DNA of 64,000 nt from contig JAQGDQ010000141.1 in NCBI GenBank assembly GCA_030141605.1, forward strand, positions 62,001 through 126,000. The letters are read 5' to 3'. The notes under the pieces were generated by a model, which saw nothing but the letters and a program-made list of their open reading frames with translations, did not search any database and was not told where the DNA came from. This DNA comes from Tubiluchus corallicola (lineage: Eukaryota; Animalia; Priapulida). The position numbers and the translations under genes are program-made. This document shows, one piece after another, positions 1 through 64,000 of the stretch. Every line of letters starts with the position of its first letter. Position 1 is the first letter of the stretch.

Positions 1-183
1 TGGCGAAAAATAAACTGCAATGATGGTGATGGCTGTGCAGAACAGGGAATCTGCCGCATGCATGTCACATGATAAAAATGTGTAAACGTAACATTTTAAA
101 TAAACAACTATTTGTTTTGACACACGGAAAACCATGAACAAGCCACTTAATTTTATGTACTACTAGAAATATCGCTATCGTTA

Positions 184-186
<3 letters not shown>

Positions 187-265
<79 letters not shown>

Positions 266-266
266 G

Positions 267-357
<91 letters not shown>

Positions 358-405
358 TCTCCTTCTTTCTCTTTCTCTCTCTCTCTCTTTCTTTCTCTCT
401 TTCTC
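187..405. repeat. (CT)n microsatellite
   Basis: Direct. Confidence 0.98.
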
Positions 406-933
406 TGTCCCGGCTTACTTCTCTGCACTGTCGGTTTTCTTGAAGATAAATTAGCATGTAAACACCGTGGCTATAAAAATTTACAATATTCAAAATATGT
501 CTTTTACTTTCGATAATGGCAGGTACTTTTCTCTTCGTGAAAAATTCAAAACATTTCTTTATGGCCCCAACATACTTTTCAAATTATTTCCCACATTGTT
601 AACATAACTAGAAGAAAAGTGACGATAAACTTTTTTAACTTTTTTGTTTGTTTATACATATAAGTGCAGAAGCAAAAAGACACAGGTCTTCTTTAATAGC
701 GCTTTTACAACCAGAGCTCCTGTAATTAGAGAAGCCAGCAATTCTTTACTTTCCCCAATTACTGCGTGCATATTGGCACTAGGAAAGTATTTTTGTTGGC
801 GATAAAACATGTTCCATACAGTCTTCTATTGCTCCTCATTATCTTCTCTGAAAATAGTAAGTTTTAATTAAAAAGTTTTGCTAGTATGTGCAAATTTATG
901 AGGAAATATATATAATTTTTTTTCATTTTTCAG

Positions 934-34039
<33,106 letters not shown>

Positions 34040-36169
34040 TTTCATTTACAGTGGTCATTACCCTCTTGTACTTTTTGCTAGACTTGACTTGACATTAGGG
34101 GTGAGCGGTGAGCACTGGGCATTCGATTTCGATTCGAATGAGTTTTTAATTGGTATTCGAAATCTTCAAATTGGGTTTGATTCGAATAATCGAATTCGAA
34201 AGTTAAAAATTCTATTTGACAGAGAAGGCTCACCCATACTATGTAGACATACTATTTTTTCTTGAGTTACCCAGTTGCTATAAATAACCAGTGTGCATAT
34301 TAGGTCCTACTAATTTAATATAGCGCCAGTCATCGTCATGGTGCATTAAGCAGGAACTTCAAGCGCATCAAGAAGTTTCAAGTATGACCAAAAGATTAAA
34401 TACGGTTAAAGTAAACGTCAGTGATTTTGGATCCTAATAGCTAGTATAGTATGATGCGTACAATAAATACTTGACCCTGTTTATTCTTAATATTGTTTGA
34501 AATGTTTACTTCTTTCGCTCTGATAATATTTGGTACCAGTCTTGACAATAATTTTGTTACTTGACTGCGTTGAATGAAGTCTTTAATTTACTTGACGTCC
34601 TTGGCTCTCTTGAAGAAATTTCTCTTGATGTAATTTCTGCTTTTTGGCACTACTTTCTGCTGGCTTTTGCTAATTATAAGAACGGATTGGCAGTGTAGTC
34701 TCACCTCTTGTGGGAAACATTCAACCTTTATGAAACCTTCTGTATGGGTTACTTTTGCTTTTAATCTGCAGGTGCTGAATAAATTTTTAATGAGTAATTT
34801 CTCACCTTTTTCCAAAATTCAAAATTAAAAAAAACTCTACCAGTTTTTCTAATTATTCTTAAATAAACACTTCAACAATTCTTAAGCCTATTTTAGGCCA
34901 GTATCAGTTGTATCAATAATTATTAATTATAAAATTATCAGTTCCACCACTACATACGTACACCTAGCTAGCCTTGCCCAGAGGTAGACCTATAATGCTT
35001 GGCTCAGTACTATTATGCTGCTTTATTTATTTGTAATTATTAATGTTAAGCAGTTATTTAAATCGGATTGTTTACCCATGGTGCGACTAAAATTCAGTTG
35101 TGTATATATTGCTTTGTAAAAAATGTAACTTATTTCATACACATCAATAGTGGAGGTTAAAGGAGCTTTGGTTTTTTTCTGGACGATAAGTCTAAAGTAG
35201 GGAGAATTTTGAACATGAACTTCGTCAGGCACAGGACAATATGCCGAGAAAGATGAAAACCTCGATAAAAGTCGTTGTTGTATTCTTGCAATAAATAATC
35301 CGTAAATTTATCATTGCAATGACGAGTATATCATGGATGGCTATATCATTAATTTCTCGAGTTGTATGATGGTAACCGTGAATGTGATTTGAAGATTATT
35401 GTAATTAAATTATTATACTGAATAATTTTAATAAAATAATGTTAAGCATTGTTTGATAATAATTGTTAGACTGATCGCAATCTAGTGATCGGTTTAGCTG
35501 ATTTTATAGTGTTTTTGGCCTACCGTAGGGCCTTGAACGTAAAAGGACAAAAGGTCTAGCTTTGCACCTGAACTGTTATTAATAACGATAATAAAAAATT
35601 GTGTTTTTTTCTTGTTTCTGACTTTGTAAAATGTAAATATGGAAGTTCAAATCTATATGACGTCGTTAGACTCGTTACGCATCAAAGACAACGCCGTGCA
35701 GTGAAATCTTTGACGTTTAAGCAGTCTTTCCTTTTCTGGCTGAAATCTTATTTAACATGGAGACCATAAGCACAATTATTAAAACAAATTTCGATCTTAT
35801 GGTATTTATATGGAATGCTAATTACGATGGTAATTCTAACTGTTATCCAAAAAAATCGGCAATACAATATTGAACAATGATTGTGCCTGTCTACAATTTT
35901 GTTGGGATCATTTTGTTTGTTTTGATACACAATTCATAAATTTTAACTGTTTTAAACAGCAGTCGATACGAAAAGTTCATTTAAATTCAAATAATTTTTC
36001 ACAGAAATATAAAGCACATAGGTAAATAAACCAAGATTTTATAAGTTAATACCAAATATTTTAATCGCTACAAAGTTGTCAAGTTGACTCATCACCGTTA
36101 ATAAAAAACTATCACACACTGAGTTGAATTTACTTAATTTAGTTTACGTCGGTTCCAGCCTGCTACCAT

Positions 36170-36650
36170 AACCTCAATCATGTATGTAAGAGAATATAAG
36201 AACTGAAACCAACTGACGAAGAGGCAAATCAATAGTACACTTCCACAACGAAAGCATAACTGTTAAATCAATCGTTCAAGCTTTTTGTAATCAAGCAACT
36301 GGTCTTGTTGGTGTTCTGGACAGCAAGATTCCTCCTTTCATTAATAGGTTACTCAAATCAAGATCTACGTATATGATTTAACGAAGAAGGAATGGAGTGA
36401 GGTTATACAGAAGCGCAGGCCCAGGTTACATTTCATTAGATTACCAAAAAACTCTCCACTTCGTTACATCAAGCACTGACACATGGGAAGAAGCCAAAAG
36501 GGGAGACACCTGATCACGCATCTGGATGTTCTGAAGAAAGACTTATTAAATTCTCTACTTGACTCACTCAACGTAGATACTTGTCATGAGGCAGCAGACC
36601 GAGGAGTATGGCATCAACCTAACCTATGCAATTACCTAAGATGATAATGT
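36170..36650 (+). mobile_element. Degenerate RTE-type LINE 3' fragment
   Basis: Broken frames containing ..RG..T..DVLKKDL and EAADRGVW. Confidence 0.5.
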
Positions 36651-36839
36651 TACTGATTTATTGTTTTTATGAAACAAATTTGAAAACCCAGAATGCCGTT
36701 GCAAGCAGTAGTAGTTTAAAAATGGACAAGATAAAATTCACAGTAAACCTTATCGGATAATTGAAAATATCCTATACTAATTAATAAACAATTTAAACTT
36801 ATTGCGCAATATTGCTATTTTTATAACACAATTTCACAC

Positions 36840-37235
36840 TAGAACTGAGCATTGAACGTCCGAGTTCGAACGAGTTTGTTTAGTTCGAATTCAATTCCAA
36901 CCTAAAATTATAAATTCGAATATATATTCAGCACTTCAACTACATTCATTCTTTATTACTAAAACGTTTGAGACGTCAAGCAATGAACGCATTTTAGCTG
37001 TGATTCCAAGCACAATTTTTAAACAAATTATTTGTGTTTTTATTGCATAATAAAACCAAGTAACACACGTGAACATTGTGAGACCGCCTATTAGTGATGC
37101 GAAAATCTTTAAAACTAAATTCGAATTTGATCTAGGTTTGAAATCTCGAAATTCTATTTGATTCGAGTTTGAAAGTCACACATTCGACTTGACTCGAATT
37201 CGCCTTCTGGTAGGCACTAGAGAATACTCGCCCTA
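36840..37235. mobile_element. TTCGAA-rich dispersed repeat (related fragments at ~34095-34235, ~48069-48440 and ~54883-55230)
   Basis: Shared aacctaaaatt..attcgaat..attcagcacttcaa core. Confidence 0.55.
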
Positions 37236-37301
37236 CTTTATACTTAATTTAGCAGATGATTTATTATCTTAAACCCCAGAAAACCCCACACTTGCATAAA
37301 C

Positions 37302-37770
37302 CTTAAAAAATTCGTCTTGAAATATTACACTACGTAATGCTGTCTCTTACTGCACACAGCACACAGGGCTTGTGTTAGCAGTAACGCTCTATAAAACTCG
37401 AAAATTCAAACTCACGCGATGACGTTAGACGTAACCATTTTCAAGATAAGTAATTTGAAATAAGTTTAGATAACATTGCATAAAGTTTGAAAAAATAATC
37501 AGAGCATTCGTAGCGTGCATTTCACTAACTTTTAAATTACTGTATCTTGTCAATAAGATTAAAAATAGTTTTTTAGCGACTTAGTGGCCCAGGTTCCTGG
37601 AAGGTGAGTCAATGACATTTTGCACTTTGGCGCGAATATTTTAAATTGAGAATTTCCTTTTATAGTCACGTAAGTCTTTCAAGCAGGTAAGCGAAATGCC
37701 AAGCAATATAAATTTGCATGGAAAGTTTTTAGGACATAGTTTAATATTGCCTTTTATTCCCCTGATCTAA
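37302..37770. mobile_element. Dispersed repeat, same family as 8104 and 28472
   Basis: Visual alignment. Confidence 0.6.
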
Positions 37771-38024
37771 GTTATACATAATGACGTCATGTAATGGTGC
37801 AGTCGGAACAGTATCGTGGGAGGAAATGGAAAACAAACAAAAATTCCTTTTGACACGAGTACAATTCACGCCTAAAATTGTTATAAGCTAACATAATTTT
37901 TAAATGCGATATTTCTGAAACTTACTTCAGGAACACCCTTTCTTGTCCTTTCATCTATAATTTTTTTATGTAAATATTGATCTGCCGTATTGATCATAGA
38001 TTTCGAGGTGTTTACAATTTCAAT

Positions 38025-38133
38025 ACCGCGCGAAAGGTAGCGCCACAACAGAGTGACTATGTCACGTGACTAGCGCACGCCGCAATAAGCAAAATTGCGA
38101 TTCAGAACATAACCAACTGAACCAGGTGTAAGT
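38025..38133 (+). promoter_or_regulatory. Candidate IMPDH promoter and first non-coding exon, with palindromic E-box GTCACGTGAC (38061-38070) and donor gtaagt at 38128
   Basis: Locally CpG-rich patch, perfect 10-bp E-box and a downstream consensus donor; inference only. Confidence 0.4.
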
Positions 38134-40371
38134 GAGTGGAAAATTTTAGACTAGAGTGATTGGGAAGTAGTATCAGCGTTAAAGGATATGGTGTTATAGC
38201 AAGTATTGTTTCACGTCTCAGTGCTTCTAAAAACAGCATAAATGTTGTTCTTTTCCAAATTGTCAAAACTTTATAATAAAAGTCCCACTTTAACTTTCAT
38301 TTAGGTAACCCTTTGGTGGTAATAACTACCGCAATTGTTATTAAGCCAAGTTCTTGAACTCTCGAATTAACGAGAAATTTTGGTGGTTTTTATGTGTTTT
38401 GGGAGCAGTAATTTAAAGTGCAAAATCTACGCTAGAACCTCTGCCGTTTGGACTTGGGTAAGCTTAGATAAATTTAGCTTTTTAATTTTTATGAATAGAT
38501 CACAGTAGCCTGGGGGCAAGACAATAGTTATATTAATAGAAAACGGTGACCTTTATATATAATGAAATCGGTGTAGTTGCTTGAACCGTGCCATGTAAAT
38601 CAGTGTCTTGTGCTTGTGACAACAACTGGATATTTGTCCATTTTTACCACGGCTACAACGGAATGGAACACGATACTTTCATTTTCACTGTTGTAACTGA
38701 AACATCACTAGGCGGTTTTCTACTCACTCAGTTGCAGCTGTGATTGCCTTTGCGACATAAGCATAGTCCATCTTCTCACATGCCAACATAATTATTACGT
38801 ATCAACAGTACGCTTGTCTCTTACATCTAATTTTAGTACTGTACTTGTATTACTTAAATCTGTACTTGCCTCTACCTTAGTAAAGTCACATCTTTTACCT
38901 GATTAAACATTAAATTTCACCAGATGCTGCACTTTAGTGTTACTACTATACTAGTTCAACTTTTTCAAAACAAGAATGAACGTGTGAATCTCTGCTTATC
39001 AGTGTCTCAAGTGTCTCAGTGTCCCTGTAACAATGTCAGATACAGATAGCAATATAGATTGTATTAAATGATAATTAGAGTGCATACAAAATAATGGATC
39101 AGCAAATTGTAACCGTAGAGCAAATTAGAAAGAAACTGCAACATTACAGATGAAGTTTCTGCAGATGAGAAAGGCAAGAAGACAAAAGAACTGTCATTCT
39201 ATATTGTTTTATACACTGTCACATATACAAAACACAACACAAAACTTGTTCAGTGTATAAGACCTGCTAACCATTTGATGCAAAAATGGGTGTGAAATGT
39301 GGATAACCCAGGGACCATCTTGTCCCTAACAGCGGTCAAAGTGACAAATGATGTGGAAGATATTTTTGCATTTTCAATTGTCACTAGGGCTGTGACGGTT
39401 ATGCTTTTCTACTAACCGTTTAAACATTATTAATTGCAGTCTGTTATCTGTTTCATCGTTCCTGATGATGTCATACATATAACAAAATATCTAATACACA
39501 TGACAAACTAATATGAAGAAATTGTCTATCTCTAATGCCATTATATAATCACAGAAATTCGCTCAGCTTAGTATTTCTTCAGTATGTGAATAAATTATGA
39601 ACCCTTTTGAATGTTTGAAAAAGCTTTTCAACTTCAAAATTCAATTTATAAAGAAATACCTGCACGCAATTACCCCTTCCGAATCGTACCATGTTTACTC
39701 ACACATCGTGGAGTCACCACGTGTGCAAACTTTTCAGCTGTTATGCTGTCAATACACACCTGCTGTGTGGCTGATAAGTAATTGTATCCGAATGCATCGT
39801 GAGAAGTTAATGTAACAAAATTTGTTTCAACAAGCAAAAATTAACCCTTTCGCTATGGAAGGCAGCACACTGCCGCCTATGTTTTTCATGCATGGGACGG
39901 AAGGCGGTAGACTGCCGCCCAAACTCAGCACTAAGCGCAGTCACCCATGTCTGTTTATTTCACTGCTACAGCCATGCAAAATATTGTAGAAAAGTTTAAC
40001 AGCCGTGGTATTTGGATTTCTTTGCAACATGTAACGCTAACCAACCAATCAGCATCTGAAGCCAGGTGCATTCCACAATACTGTACTGTGTGGTACATTC
40101 CCACGCAAAAGCACTTGTAAATCGTTCATAAAACGTATGTTTAGTTTGATTGTTCTGCATTCTTATAAAATGTTTGCATATTATGGATTAGTTTTGTGTC
40201 TTTTGTGAAAGCTGGTTTCTAAATATTAGTACATGCTTATTTATGAAGGTGTGCACATGTGTGTGTGTGTGTGTGTGTGTGTGAGTGCATGTGTAGAAAT
40301 AAAACTAATATTTAATATTAGTACTCAATAACGAACAACTATTTGTTTATTTACAAGATTCTGTTTTGTAG

Positions 40372-40391
40372 CACGCCACAAGAAATTATTG
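40372..40391 (+). other. Candidate 20-nt 5'-UTR micro-exon of IMPDH
   Basis: ttctgttttgtag acceptor and G|gtaagt donor, 190 nt upstream of the ATG exon, which itself starts with an acceptor. Confidence 0.5.
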
Positions 40392-40580
40392 GTAAGTGTA
40401 CAAAAGCCAGTGTGACGTAGTTAAAAAGCAACTGTGTAGTGAAAGAGTTAATCTCCTTGTAGAATTTTGTGTGAAAAATATCGAAAATTGTGTGAAAATT
40501 AATAGTGCGTTGTCATGTAGAAGAAACTGATACCATACTTGTAATATACCAATTTCCTCCAAATTCTTGCTGTTTTCAGA

Positions 40581-62196
<21,616 letters not shown>

Positions 62197-63318
62197 GTGA
62201 GTCATTAGAAACTTATTTCAACTAAGGGCAACTCTGATGATTTTTGCTTTTTTCGTAGCTGTTCATAATAAGAAAAATTTCCCAACTTCATTAAATCTAT
62301 TGCTCATAAAAGGTTTCTGTTATTACCTGCTATCATCAGTTTATGGCTTCTTTTATTATACTTGCTGTCTTTTATTGCTTCACTAAGGCAGCTGTTTAAT
62401 GAAAAATTCTTTAGCAATTATTTAACAGGTGCCTTCTGCTGAAATCCTAACATTCATCCTACAATGTTATTTGTTTATTTGTTGAATTTTTTTGTACAAA
62501 AAGTACAGTTGTTATATTAAAATAAGCGACATAAAAAAGACGAAAATTCATTATTAAAAGCTAGCACGGGTCTGGCGTGAAGAATTTAACACGCGGTTTC
62601 CCGGTTTCAGGAATTCACTTATATGTAAGTGAAGCCAGTTTTCATCTAGTCCCTGTTTTAATTCTGTTCGGTTCAGGTCTTCGTTGCTTCCACTAATATG
62701 ATTGTGATTTTATCCGAACTAAATTACACTTACGTTCCTTTGACTTTAATTTACTGATTTCGAGTTTACTCTGCACCAAATATTTTATAATGTAAAATAA
62801 AATGTAATTTTTTTATTGTTAGTACAAATATGGTCTATACACATATTTACAAGAAGAGAATTAATTTGTATGTAAATAGTTTAAAACACATTAGTTTTAA
62901 AATGGAGGTTTTTAGATAAAAGTAAAACTAACAGCATTGCTGTGAAGTTCCTATGCACATTTGACTCAAACACTTTTTCAATCACAGGACGTAATTGATT
63001 CGTATTGATTATTTTGCACACTTTTCATAAAATTGCGAATGACTACACATTTGACTGATTTTTTACTTCAGTTGCCGAATATTAAATCTTACTTATATCC
63101 TAAGTACTCTGAGTACCCATGATAACAATGATTAACGCTACAGTTAATTAAAATATTTTCTGACGGCAATAGCCTTCTTGCAACACTAATTGTTCTCTGT
63201 TCTCAATATACAAGGAATGGAAAAGCATTAACCGAGACTACTATAACATTTATGTTGCTAAGAGGATACAGGTTCTGAATTTTCCTGCGAACATTCCATG
63301 CGATAAACATTCTGTTAC

Positions 63319-63421
63319 CTGTATATGGTCCGTTCTTTGATTTTCATCAGTTGGGTGTAAGCAAGCAATGTTACAGTACTCACATAAATCACCATGTATA
63401 TACACGCACTTGTCCCGGTAT
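63319..63421 (-). CDS. MKRN: Makorin (MKRN) exon: end of a C3H zinc finger plus makorin Cys-His motif, (R)YRDKCVYIHGDLCEYCNIACLHPTDENQRTDHIQ
   Basis: tttttgcag acceptor and CAG|gtaac donor; matches the makorin pattern CxYxHGDxCxxCxxxxLHPxDxxQRxxH. Confidence 0.85.
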
Positions 63422-64000
63422 CTGCAAAAAGTAAAATACATATCAAAATTTTCAATACTGCATTACCTGAACTACATTACAGTACACTAATGGCTAGTCT
63501 AGGAAAAAGATGTCCAGACTACTCAAGTTTTTTGCGCGGTGTTATGGGTTGAAATATTTACATTTATATTAAATCAGCAATCATAAGTTGCAATGTTTTC
63601 CCTTTGAAGCAAATTGCTACTGTTCTGATATATATGTAACATTTACATATATTATATTTATGTAATTTTCATAAGGTAATAACCATTACAAGTCAACAAC
63701 TAAATGTGAAAATTAATCTTAAAATAATATAAATCATATAATGTTACAAAAATTTGTTATGCCAAAATGTTGGGCTTGTTTACAGATGCCTGAGCGTAAT
63801 TTAGTAATACGATATTTATTAGCAGAACTATAAGCACCGTAATCAAATACTTTAACACGTAATAACTGACTAGGTCATAATTATAGAAGCGACCTGCTAG
63901 GAAAGCACATTAAAGAAGATTGAGATTGACTTGTATTCATTGTTCTGCTTTTCAAAACGTCGGCAAACTATCAACTTTTTTGATGATGACAAATGACATA

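Noticed and set aside
65-493. ERERER low-complexity ORFs (also 11572-11838, 46485-46813)
   Set aside because: Translations of (CT)n microsatellites; no coding signal.
63422-63520. Upstream makorin exon using the donor at 63466
   Set aside because: It would need a 45-nt intron and has an in-frame stop; no C3H finger residues.

Overview
AT-rich, intron-rich animal genomic DNA; a spliced hemerythrin suggests a lophotrochozoan-type invertebrate. Two + strand host genes fill the window. A novel-class protein kinase C (PKC-delta/theta-like) has 11 exons from 934 to its stop at 34039, with its 5' end outside the window. IMP dehydrogenase (IMPDH) runs from its ATG at 40581 to 62196, with its 3' exons outside. 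Three antisense coding units sit inside their introns. Two lie in the 13.6-kb PKC intron, between ~0.85-kb direct repeats: a single-ORF TTLL4-type glutamylase whose N-terminus looks like a signal peptide (17768-19369), and a three-exon myohemerythrin-type gene absent from the ORF track (23253-24302; one frameshift, exon 1 not found). The third is a lone makorin zinc-finger exon (63319-63421) downstream of IMPDH exon 9. IMPDH exons 4-7, covering the CBS/Bateman domain, occur twice in tandem and are joined by an inverted fragment; this could be a real rearrangement or a false haplotype duplication. The rest is microsatellites, minisatellites, MITEs, LINE/SINE remnants and a Penelope-type hammerhead ribozyme motif. 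All protein identifications come from manual translation and recalled family motifs, not from database searches.
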